DNA of 62,002 nt, filler included, from Basidiobolus meristosporus CBS 931.73 (GCA_002104905.1; 3 parts of 3 records of this genome joined end to end with filler, not necessarily neighbours in it); one strand, 5' to 3'; positions 50,405 through 61,329 are shown, counted from the whole stretch's first letter. Notes: a model not told the origin generated them from the letters alone. Translations and numbers: made by a program.

Positions 50405-52187
50405 ATCGTGTGGATTGTAGAATGTCAGGTAATAGTTTTCTCGCTGCGCATCACCGATGATAAACAACAGATCTTGAAAATCCTCCTTGAGTTCCGTAGC
50501 CAGGGCCACCAACTCGGACTTTCTGACAGCTTTCCGGACGAAATTGATATACTTCAGGTGGCCCAGTCGGATCAGCTTGGTAGCAATTGGTATCATGCCC
50601 TGTATAGTATCCACGATCTGCACAAACTCGTGCATGATGTCCACCATATGCTCCTCGTCTTTTCCAGCTCCCAGCGATAAGGACTTCGCTTCTGACATGG
50701 CGGACCTGGCATACAGCCTTGCCCTTCCACAAAGATCTTGAAGCTCAGCAAGTGACGTCTGCTTAGATTCTCCGCGGTAATTCAGCAAAACATCCACCCT
50801 TTCTTGGAAGACAAAGTCGTACGTCCCACGCTTAACAGCATTGGCTATTTTATCCTTCGTAGCTTCTCCACGATTTGCAATATTGTTGTATAGATTTTGA
50901 AGGGCAACATACTAATTCTTGAATGTAGCACCGGATTGTCCCTGGCAATTTCTTGGAGGATATTGAGAAGTGGGGCCTCCCTCCAGGTATGGATTGCTTG
51001 AAGAACCGGTTTTAGGGATCTTTGGACTTCGATCATGGAAAAGATTGTTTCCTCCTGGATCACACGCGCATCATCATATTCCGCAAGTCATTCTCGACTA
51101 CAGCAGTCAGGAATTGAAGAAAATCCTTCCCGGATACCATCTCTTGCAACAGTTTCCAAAACCGGCGATCGTAGGAATTGAGGAGTTGCTGAATTTTTCC
51201 GAGTGCTTGCTGGTAGCTTCCCAAGGTATGCTCTGGTGACTTCAAGTTGGTCAATATATCCTCGGTTGCCACCGATGAGGTGTAGCATTCTGGGGCACCA
51301 TAGATTGCTTTGATTTCTTGGACCGGCATTACACGAGATCAATGAAGGACTTTACGGCTTGAAGTCGTCTCTGCTCTCTTCCCTCAGGAATCGCAACTCC
51401 TTCTCCGCATCCTTTACGGGCACTCGTTCCCATACTTGTTCGATTTCTTTCAGGGAGATTTTTTGCCAATCATCATAGAGCTTGGCATGCTGAGAATATG
51501 CTTGAATAGCGGCAGGAAAAAAGGTGGCTGCTATATCCGCAACCAGTAGCATATCTTTTTTCGAGGACATGGATTTTAGTATATTTGTAAAAGTCCCTAC
51601 TTCATAGTATTTGGTCAGCACACTTTAACGTCCCAGAAACAAGCACTTGAAATAGATGATAGTTTAGAGGCATCTATCGACTTCTCCATGTCTTTTAACT
51701 GGCACAGTACCTCGCCAGCATCCATAGCATTAGTCAAAACACACACCCCGAGAAATCTGTTTAAGGTGCGCATCCGAGTTCTTGCCAGCCTACATTCCCT
51801 ATAAAAATTTGCGAGCTCCTCTGTCGAGAGAGTACATACGGGGAGATGAAGGATTTCTTGAGCGGCTTTCATAATTGGGATGATGTCGTGTTGCGGCAGA
51901 GCTTGCAGTTGTTCTATAGCCATTACAGATACTTCCCCCTCGGAGAGGAGCTCTGTGCCAGTATGTATGACCTGTGCAACCCGCAATAAACGGTGATTAC
52001 CTCGCAACGTTTCACTGGATTTGGATATGCTGAGCAGAGCACCCCAAAAGGCTCCTTCCCTCAGGACCTCAATAAGACTCTTCTCAATCTTGGAACTGTG
52101 TGAATCGATTGTAATAGGCAGGTCAACGAGTTGAAGAATATCAACTAGCATAGCCTCTGTCAAACTAAACAAGCAAGCAACCTGGTC

Positions 52188-52307
52188 AATGTCCTGTTGT
52201 TGACAATCCAAACCTGTTTGTGACTAGAATGTCCTGTTGTTGACAATCCAAACCTATTTGTGACTAGAATGTCCTGTTGTTGACAATCCAAACCTGTTTG
52301 TGACTAG
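52188..52307. repeat. 40-bp tandem repeat x3
   Basis: aatgtcctgttgttgacaatccaaacctgtttgtgactag, with one mismatch in the middle copy. Confidence 0.97.
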
Positions 52308-53068
52308 TGGTTTTCTCCTTTCATACAAGGGGCATAGTAGAGTAATCACATCAAGTAGATGGTTTCTCGGAACCAGCGTTAGTTTACGGTGCAGAACAGT
52401 CGATATCTTGGTACTCCACGAAACGGACCTGCAAGAAACCCAAAATAGTTCCTTCTAAGCCACTTGGTATATTTTCCGAGAATAACAGGATCTGATCGAA
52501 TGATGCCTAGCTCACGTGAACTTGAGCCTGGAACAGATATCGTTCTTGGGCTGACTGGCAACAGGTATCCAAAACCAGATTCGCCTTAGTATACAAGGAT
52601 TGCTACAGAGCTTTGCTAGTGCCTAAAGGAGGTAATTAGTATACGGCGCACTTTTTTAGTGTATCACCAACCTCTATCACATATGACCCTTTAGATTAAC
52701 TTGTTGAAGTAGTCTTCGTTTAGTACCAGATATTTGCTAACGTATTAAAACCGCAACCCTAGACTGTTTTCAGTTTTGGAACGGCAAGCCCACAATTCTT
52801 AGCACCTACTGTGGTAGTTGAAGATTCTTTAAAGCTAGTCATCCTAACCTTACTTTGGTGCACTTTGCTGCCGCGCGGTGCCATACTGTATCAGGAAGTC
52901 ATAGCTTGCCCTTTTTTTTGAATGCTGCACTGTTGATCGATCTATTGTTTTGATTTTGATCTGCACTGTGTCTCCTCCCTCTCAAACTTGATGGCGTAAC
53001 ACATGCAATAATGTGTCCATGGGATTTTGGGGAGTAATCCTGTCAATATTCATCTTGAGATTGTATGC

Positions 53069-53180
53069 CATGTTTCGTATACACCAAATACCCAACATGT
53101 TTTGTATACACCAAATACCCAACATGTTTCGTATACACCAAATACCCAACATGTTTCGTATACACCAAATACCCAACATG
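53069..53180. repeat. 27-bp tandem repeat x4 upstream of LINE ORF1
   Basis: catgtttcgtatacaccaaatacccaa, with one CG>TG change in copy 2. Confidence 0.97.
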
Positions 53181-53376
53181 GCTGGCTATGATGTGGCAAG
53201 ATACTCGCATATAGTATTTACCTAGTCATCAGCAGTCCAGTTGGTATGGGGTGATACAGCCATGAAACATTCTATGCTGTTCGCTGTGATCTATTTCTAG
53301 CCTCTAAAACCGTTGCTGCTTTTGTTTATATTTAAAGTAATGGAAACGTGGACGGATAATTTATGCAATTTTCAAT

Positions 53377-54963
53377 ATGTCTTTATCTCGGAATATTAGC
53401 CCCAACATGAATTCCCCTAACCCATCTACAACTAACCCGCCAAGGGGTTGGTATTGGTCTCTGGAGCCAAGTAAATCCGCACTTGCCTATTATGAGAGTA
53501 ATAGGAATAAAGCAATATGCCCGAAGTGTGGTCCTGGCTACGGCTTTACTAAGGATTCTAATGGAGTGGGTAGTGCTACTTATGGCTGTTTCAAGTGTAA
53601 GCACTGCTCCACCAAATACAAGGCCTTGCAATTCTGGACTGAATGCCTTCTACTTTCGGAGGACTTGCTTCCAATCAAGGCTAAAGCCTCAAATGCCTTA
53701 TGGGCCGCTTGTTCAGAGTCCGAAGCTGACCATCTGCCCGCTGCACAACTTATTCAAAATCACTCTCATAACTTGGAAATCGTAATTTCATCATCATGTG
53801 AGCGTGAGCACTCTGGTACCTCTTCTGACGATGAATCAATGAATGGAACGCCAGCAGGCAGCTTATATAGCCTTGAGTACAACAAATCTAAACCGGATAT
53901 AGCACTACATTCACCAAGCTTACCTTCTGTCAGCAATCCATATGAGCACAAACCAAAGCATTCAAGAAAGCAAAAAGCCTACTCCCCATTACAACAAGAC
54001 CCAAATTCTACTAGCACTACAGCAAGAATCCTTTCATTAGAGCAGAGTTTGCGGTCAATGGAGGCAAAAATAGCTTCTTTTGACTCAAGAATAGACAAGC
54101 TAACTATTCTAATAGAGAATCTTCTCGAAGTCCAAAAGGGACAGCTTGGCACTGCTCAAAGTTGCAGTAGTCTCACAGAGTTGGTTCTGGATGAGCAGAA
54201 GTCATTGGACCAAGGAAAAGCTGCCTTTCAGGATACAACACGATGTGAGCTCCCTACAGTGACCACACATGCCAGCACTTCAGCAACAACCAATGTACCT
54301 AATGAGTACACAATAGCAAAAAAGATCCACAAACCAACATTTGCCGAGATAGCTAAAAAAAATGCTAAGACCGGAACAAGAGAGGAAATTGCACGGATGC
54401 AAGCAGCTATGCGAAAATGTGTTGGAGCAAAACCTCCATACACTACTACTCATGCAGAAGAGCAGCATCAATGTTGTCGCATATATCTCAGAGGAATACA
54501 ACATCAGCGGATTAGGGATGTTAAAACCATTCTCTATGATCTGAGATTTCAGCTCTCAAAGATATGGAGTATAGATTTTATTGGAAAAAACACCTTAGAA
54601 TTCACTATTGCTGCATCATATGCACATTCATTTGTTGCACACGTGAAAAAATATCCCTTCTTGACACTGTTATCAAAGCTGGATCCTTCAAAACCATCAG
54701 ATCCAAATGCTTCAACCGAAGTTGCACAAAAGGTTAAGGCAGCATATGTTAAGCGCATACAGCAGTCTTATACACTGTCCAACAATACAATTTATAAGAA
54801 CTATTTGGCTGCTTTAGCAAAAGAATGTGGCATACCACTAGAAACTAACACTGAAAAGCAAGGTACTAACGGTACATCTATGGAAACAGCAGCTATTGCT
54901 GAAAGTCCTACATGTTCATTAGTAAAAGGCTTAAGTGAGCACTCCCCATCAGACTGCCAATGA
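53377..54963 (+). CDS. LINE ORF1 (gag-like): CxxC...CxxC zinc ribbon, coiled coil, RRM-like region
   Basis: 528 aa; CPKC...CFKCKHC, RILSLEQSLRSMEAKIASFDSRIDKL heptads, PTFAEIAKK, IYLRGIQ...IWSIDFIGKNTLEF. Confidence 0.8.
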   Translation: MSLSRNISPNMNSPNPSTTNPPRGWYWSLEPSKSALAYYESNRNKAICPKCGPGYGFTKDSNGVGSATYGCFKCKHCSTKYKALQFWTECLLLSEDLLPIKAKASNALWAACSESEADHLPAAQLIQNHSHNLEIVISSSCEREHSGTSSDDESMNGTPAGSLYSLEYNKSKPDIALHSPSLPSVSNPYEHKPKHSRKQKAYSPLQQDPNSTSTTARILSLEQSLRSMEAKIASFDSRIDKLTILIENLLEVQKGQLGTAQSCSSLTELVLDEQKSLDQGKAAFQDTTRCELPTVTTHASTSATTNVPNEYTIAKKIHKPTFAEIAKKNAKTGTREEIARMQAAMRKCVGAKPPYTTTHAEEQHQCCRIYLRGIQHQRIRDVKTILYDLRFQLSKIWSIDFIGKNTLEFTIAASYAHSFVAHVKKYPFLTLLSKLDPSKPSDPNASTEVAQKVKAAYVKRIQQSYTLSNNTIYKNYLAALAKECGIPLETNTEKQGTNGTSMETAAIAESPTCSLVKGLSEHSPSDCQ

Positions 54964-57950
54964 TGAAGCAAACCTTTCTAAAGATAGGTTTCTGGAACTG
55001 TCAGGGACTAAGCATAATCAAGTGGAACAAGATACTTTGCTTAATGAAAAGCTCATACGACATAATCTTTTTAGCTGAAACATGGTTTGTGGATCAAAGC
55101 TTACATGCTTCACATCCATATTTTCTTGCCTCATCAGAAAGAGTTGCTCCTAGCTCTGATCGGGGACACCACAAGGCAGGTCTCATATGCCTAATCTCTC
55201 CGCATCTTAGAAATCAAGTATCTAGCGTGGTTGCAACCCAATATACAATCTCTGTCAAATTACCTGCAGCAAGCATCATGGCGGTTTACTTTCCACCATC
55301 CATGTCATGCTCTACCCTTGCTCAGTACCTACCTTCTGATCCACTCACTCTACTACTTGGTGATATCAATACGCACTTTGGGAGTGCTTATGGATCGCAA
55401 AGAGTAGGACCAAGAAATCGTATTGATATATTTGCGCAAATGGCCTTCCAGTTAGGGCTCAATCATTTAGTACCAAACCCTCCAAGAAATACCCCAGACC
55501 ATGCTTTTGTCAGCTATAGTGCTGCTGGTAGTTGGTTATTTCAATCTAATTCCCTTAATGACCTCTCAGACCATGCATTTATGCTGGCTGAGATTTCTCT
55601 TAGCTGGGCTCCTTCAATTCCATTATCTAGTTCGGACTCTACCAAGCTCTTTCTGCAACCTCTTGAAAAGCCTATCATCAAGAATCTTATTCTAGCGCAA
55701 TATGCGTTAGAATCTAAATCAGCTCCTATAAAAGCTGCTTGGAGATTGTTGGATTCGTTACATGTTTCTAGTCCAACTCCAGACATTGTTGCAGCAATAG
55801 ACGCTGTATATACAATCTTTGACTCTATTGTAGTGTCAATTTGTGAATACTTCCTAGGGAGCTATTCTGTACAGCATGTGCGAAGTAAGTCTAACAATAC
55901 CGAGAAGCTGTTACTTGCCAAGTTAGACTCCTCTAGTGCAGCAAATAAGGCAGCAATGCTTTTTAAAAACTCACAAAAGTCTCAGTGCTCCAGCTGTTGC
56001 ATCAATTCCAGAGATCCCAATTTATCTGCTTTAGACGATGCTGTGCTTTATTTTAAGCCAAATATTTGCAATGCCTTCCAACATAGATTATAGTGGCACC
56101 TATATACCGCCAAGCGGTCTATATTTTAAGGACCAGCTGTCTACTTCAGAATGGTTTACTCCTAGTGCATTACTGGCTGTAATTCAAAAGTATCCATCAT
56201 CTAAGTCTGCTGGAGAGGATCCCATGCACATCAAGATTATCAAAGTTTTATGCGGATCATCAGCATTTGTTGATGACTTATTAAAGCTATTTCACTCCTG
56301 TCTAAGGCTTGGCTGTACTCCTTCAAAGTGGAACATCTCGCATATACATCCCATTGCAAAGAAATCATCTTCAGCAACCATTGATGGATTCCGGCCAGTG
56401 GCACTAACAGCCATGTACAGGAGATTATTTGAGGCTTGTCTTCTCCAATATATGAACTCCCTAGCTCTCTCGGGATTTCACTACTTGCAAGCTGGCTTTA
56501 GAAAGGGCTACTCTGCAATCTCCCACTTGGTGGTATCCCATGATGCATTTCATCTATTAGGGTCCCATCATCGGCCAAACAGAGTGTTTATTGACCTAAA
56601 GCAGGCATATGATAGAGTTGTAATACCTGTGCTTTTGAGGAAGCTACAGCTACAAGGGGCCACACATCAACTTCTGAAGCTTATTCACTCGTTATTCTCT
56701 TCCTGTTATTCTACGGTGAGCATCAATGGTGTGCGATCATCACTCTTTCCGAGATGTAGAGGTCTATTCCAAGGATCCCTACTTTCTCCTTTTCTCTTTA
56801 ATATTTACATCAATGATTTGGCAAAGGAGTTAGCTTTTGATGACTTACCATGCACTGTCCCTTCTGCTTTGCTATTTGCAGATGATATCATGTTACTCCC
56901 TCGGAGTCTTGATCATGCAAATATGCTGCTCAACTGCGTTCAGAAATGGTGCACTAAGAATGCTATGGAAGTGAATGTACAGAAGTCAGCCTTCATTGGG
57001 CCTAATCACAGTTGGAATCTCTCATTATACAATTTAAGACTACCAAAACCTAAGTCATATTACTATCTGGGTCTTCCAGTTACCCAAGAAGGCATTGACT
57101 GGCCAATGTATGTACAAAGGTGTGTTACTAAAGCTTCAAATACACTGAAGCTACTCCAGCTCAAGGGTGCCAGATGGCCTCCTCTCATTAGGTTGCACCT
57201 ATTTAGGGCTTTCATCCGATCCAGGTGGGAGTTTGCAGCCCCAATGATGCAGTTATCACTTCAAAGTTCTCAGTGGCAACAACTTGCACTAGTTCAACAA
57301 CAATCACTTGGATGGGTTGTAAATGCCTCTATATATCACTCAAAACAGTACTGTAGGCTCATTCAGAGTCTTTGCGGTATAGAGTCCATACCTGACAGAT
57401 TTGAGACTCTTGGGATTAGATTTGGCATGCATTATGCTAAGTCCTCCCTTGAAAATCCATTACAAGGCTTAGTGAATATCATTAAGTCTCAGAAAGTAGC
57501 TACCACTTCAGACTCATTAATTTTGCAAGATATACACAAGCCAGAAGGCTACAAAAAGTTCCTAGCTTGCAATGCTGGTTTTTCTTCTAATTGTCAAATA
57601 TTATTTGACCTTGCAATGGCTGAGAGAAAGCTTTACAACATCTCTAGGGCCACTAGGCCCGTGACAGAGTAGGATTGATTGCAGTAAGTAGCCGCCATGC
57701 ACATAGTCATGCAGATGTCTCATTATATATGAAAGAAACATTCTTTGCATTTCAAGCTATCAGATGGAGAATGAGCACACTATGTTTAGGATCCAAATGT
57801 CCTAAGTGTCAGAAATACTTTCACTACACTCATGCTGACAAATGCTTTGGATTCAAGGATACTGATGCACTATTTCAATTTCACAACCAAAAAGCTTTGA
57901 AATTAAGGCTTTCAGCTTTGATATCAGCAATTAGGCCAGAATTATTATAG
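54960..57950 (+). pseudogene. LINE ORF2: APE endonuclease + reverse transcriptase + C-terminal Cys/His knuckle, frameshifted
   Basis: WNCQGL, FLAETW, VYFPP, LLGDIN, PDH, LSDH; FRPVALT, QAGFRKG, DLKQAYDRV, GLFQGSLLSP, LFADD, YYLG; CPKC..H..C. Confidence 0.92.
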
Positions 57951-58113
57951 ATAAGACTTTAGTGAATGCTATCCCTTCCCAAGTCTGAAGTGCATCCCAT
58001 ATTGATTCCAATTACTCCCTCTTTATTGCATGTTACAAGGATACTATCTTAATTGACAAGCACTTGATATGAAATTCCCAATAAAGTGTCTAGAAACCTA
58101 ACCCTAACCCTAA

Positions 58114-61100
58114 GTGGCCTGGAGAAAAGGGAAGATTCTGGAGGTTATCCTAGACCAAAACATTGCTGACCCATTTGTTGCCTTTGTGGAGAAGAACCTT
58201 AACTGGCTGAAAACTGACTTCAAGATAGTGCCTGAAGAATCTGAATCCTCTGACTCTCTACTGTTCAACAAGCCTCCAGCCCATGTTGCCATTCTGTCTT
58301 TCTTTGCTGCCATCAAGAGACAAGCCCCCTCCTATGATGTGGCATACTTCCTCAAGAACCATGCCATTTCCCTCCTTGCTGACTTAAGTGATGCACCATT
58401 TGAAGAGCTCTGGGACTCTGCAGGTCACATTGTTAATGCTGCCTCTGAAGAAGCTACAACCTCTGCCTGACTACCTGAAGTTCTGTTGCTTAACTGCAAC
58501 AGCATACAGCCATCAAGACCAACTCTAGAGAGACTTCTTTCAAGATTTTCCCTCCTGTGTTTGATTGATGTCCAGCTACCCTCTATACTTTTGACTAATC
58601 TATATTGCTTTTCTACTCCTAGAACAAAGAATACCTCCTCTATCTGCTTCATCTCTTCTACCATCAATACTCCTCAGCTCTGTGTTCCTCTTTACTCCCC
58701 TTACTGTGCTACTCTCCAGTTGACAACTATCAGTCTGGTGCTCTGCTATCTGCCTCCAAGTCTAGCCCTTCAGGAAGTGCAAGTTTTATGCCAGAAGGTT
58801 CAGCAATACCAACAATCTATATCAACACCTGTTATCTTGCTTGGAGATCTCAACATTCCCCATCCTGAGAACAAGACTACTCTGACTGCAAGAATGAAGC
58901 CAAGGTCTACATTCCTACTGAACTTCCTGAGAGAAAGCCACCTGCTAGCACTAGGTGCTCAATCTGAGAAAAGATGTGTTGACTGGATCTGCCCTTCTGC
59001 TGCTGCCCTCTACTTTGTGAATGAAGTTAAGCAATTCTCTGGAGCTGAGCTAGGATCCTTGAGAGCCTCTGACCACCCAGCCTGGTCCCTTTCTATGCAA
59101 CCAGTTGTGAAGAAGAAGCTGCCAAAACTTACTGTGCTTACCCACAAAGCTACCAAGAATCAGAAGAAAGACTTTGGGAACTACTTGAAGCTTGCCAGTT
59201 TGCTACTTTCTCTGCCAGATGATCTCAACTTTGCCTGGCTCTTTGTGAAGCATCTGATTCTGGTGTCTGCCTCCCTCTCACTGCCAAGCAAGACTACTGC
59301 TGTTACCTCAAGAAAATGGGAATCCATTGTTTCAGCCCTGCAACAAAGCTACCTGAGCTTCCCTAACCCAAAAACAGAGAAACTCCTCCTGACAGCAATA
59401 CACCACTCCAAGGCAATTCACCACACTCTGCATACTCAGCTCTGGGATCATATTATGAGTTCCTTGCCTCTGCAATCTTCCAACTCTATAACAAGAACAG
59501 TATCAAGACTCTACAGGGCAATGAGGCCCTCTTCCAGGGAGTTACCTTCAACAGAACAGCTGGCTAACATCTTCTTCTCTACAAAGCAGTACTCAACTCC
59601 TGGCTTTCATCCTGACTTCAAGACTCTGCCCATCCCACTTGCACTTGATCAAAGGAGAATCCATAATGTGCTCAAGAGGCTTCCCAACTCTACTGCTCCA
59701 GGTGTGGACACAATCTCCTATGAGCTTCTGAAGACTAGTACCAAGGCCATGTCTGCACTTCTGCTTCCACTGTTTCAGCAATGCTCAGCCCAGCTTTCTA
59801 CTCCTGAGGAATGGTCCTTTGCAAATGTTCTGCCACTGTACAAGGGTAAAGGAAAGCACCTGGATCCTAGCTCCTACAGGTCAATATCTCTGCTGCCCAC
59901 CTGCAGAAAGGTGTTTGAGCTTCTGCTTGCTCAGGAGCTCTACTCTGACTCTCTCAAGTTTCATCCTGCACAGTTTGGCTTTGTTCCTGGCCTCTCCTTG
60001 GAATATGCAGTCATACTTAGCCAAGATCACTCTCTCCAGTGCAAGTATCCCTCTGTTCTGTTTGATATTACTAAGGCCTTTGATTCAGTTGACAGAAATC
60101 TGCTTTGGTCCAAGTTGCAATGCTTCTCCAGTGCCTCTCTCACCCTCCTTGTCAGGTCTCTGTTTCTGGATCCACAAGCAAGAATTCTGCACCCAAGTGA
60201 GCAATCAGCTGTGTTCTCAGTTCCTAATGGAGTGGTTCAAGGCTCTGTGCTTGGTCCTATACTGTTTGCCATCTTCCTGAATGATTTCCCAAGACTCTCA
60301 GCTGACTGCCTGGTTACTCTCTTTGCTGATGACATCAGAATATCCTCCTCCAATGTGCAACAAGACTCCCAGACCATCCACCAGTATCTGCAGAAGAATA
60401 ATCTCCAGCTTTCCATTGCAAAGACAGTACCTTTGGGCTCTCCCATCAACTTGGAGAACTCCACTCTACCTGCTCAGGTTTCTGCTACATATCTTGGCTT
60501 TCCTTTCCTTCCTACTGGACTAGACTCTGGAGCACACCTGAAGAAGAGAATTATCCTGGCAAGACAGGCACTCCACAAGCTACTGGCTGTTACTCCTCCT
60601 ACAACTTCAGCTCCCAGCTGCCTCCTTCTACTCAAGCAGTTTGTCTTCCCTGTCCTGGAATTTGGCTTACCACTTCTCTCTCTTACTTCTAGAGACTGCA
60701 CTAAGCTTGACAAGTTTGCAGTATGGTGCATTACCTCCTTGGTGCCTCATTTGCCTGAATGCCCCTACAGACATGCTATTCTTGGTGCTTTTGGGTTTAT
60801 GCCCTATAAGATCAGACTTCTCTACCTTAGAACCAGATTATACCTCAGACTTCACAACTGCAACAACCCACTGATTAAGGCCTGGAAGAGAACACACCAC
60901 ACAACACCTGGCTCCTGCTGGAGAACTATACTTGGAGATCCTGAAGTCAAGAAGTTTGCTCGAATATATTCTGCAGTCAGAAAAACCCAAGCTGGCCTAC
61001 CTGAAGTACTTGACAGACCTTTGGCAGCAATATCTGCAGCAGCACACTCCCTTTATGATGAATATCAATCCTTATCACATTCCCCTCATTAATGTTGTTC

Positions 61101-61309
61101 ACAAGTCATTCTTACCTCTCTTGCTACCCCCCTTCCCACTGAACAGTGTCTTGAGCACTGAAGAACTATCATCACTTCTTATTAACTTACCTACAAATTC
61201 CCCTCAGCTACACACTCTTGTATCAAAGCTACAACAGTAGCGCTGGCTTCTTTGTTTCAACTGAAATAAAGATTTCACCTGTTGGTGACTGTCTCCCCCC
61301 TAACCCTAA
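58114..61309 (+). mobile_element. Second-family APE-type LINE (family B), 5'-truncated in ORF1, directly after the CCCTAA tail of the previous element, ending in (CCCTAA)2
   Basis: ORF1 remnant 58114-58470; uninterrupted ORF2 frame 58471-61092 with LLLNCNS, YLPP, LLGDLN, ASDH, APGVDTI, YRSISLL, QFGF, DITKAFDSV, GVVQGSVLGP, LFADD, YLG; AATAAA 61265, CCCTAACCCTAA 61298-61309. Confidence 0.92.
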
Positions 61310-61329
61310 GCTTCTAGATAACTTCAGAT

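Larger units (their letters stand above)
49822..52310 (-). pseudogene. RNF213/mysterin-like giant AAA+ ATPase/E3 ligase gene fragment, frameshifted
   Basis: Consecutive frames read SLAELQDLCGRARL...MHEFVQIVDTIQ...LIRLGH...DAQRENYYLTF, NYSLILSYIGSRL, DIVQPGKLFVVAC, PNIVISLFVN...QPWQIMICRSSTTEEEIRCFLTRAF. The last resembles RNF213 (VLLCTPATTFEEVALLLRRC) and recalled fungal RNF213-like proteins. Confidence 0.65.
53377..58113 (+). mobile_element. Near full-length APE-type LINE (family A), ORF1 + ORF2, ending in CCTAA(CCCTAA)2; true 5' end not defined
   Basis: ORF1 53377-54963; ORF2 54960-57950 with two single-base frameshifts (~56055 and ~57660); AATAAA at 58080, tail 58097-58113. Confidence 0.93.

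Noticed and set aside
49858-53180. Short direct repeats as a CRISPR array
   Set aside because: Units are directly adjacent with no spacers, the context is eukaryotic and there are no cas genes.
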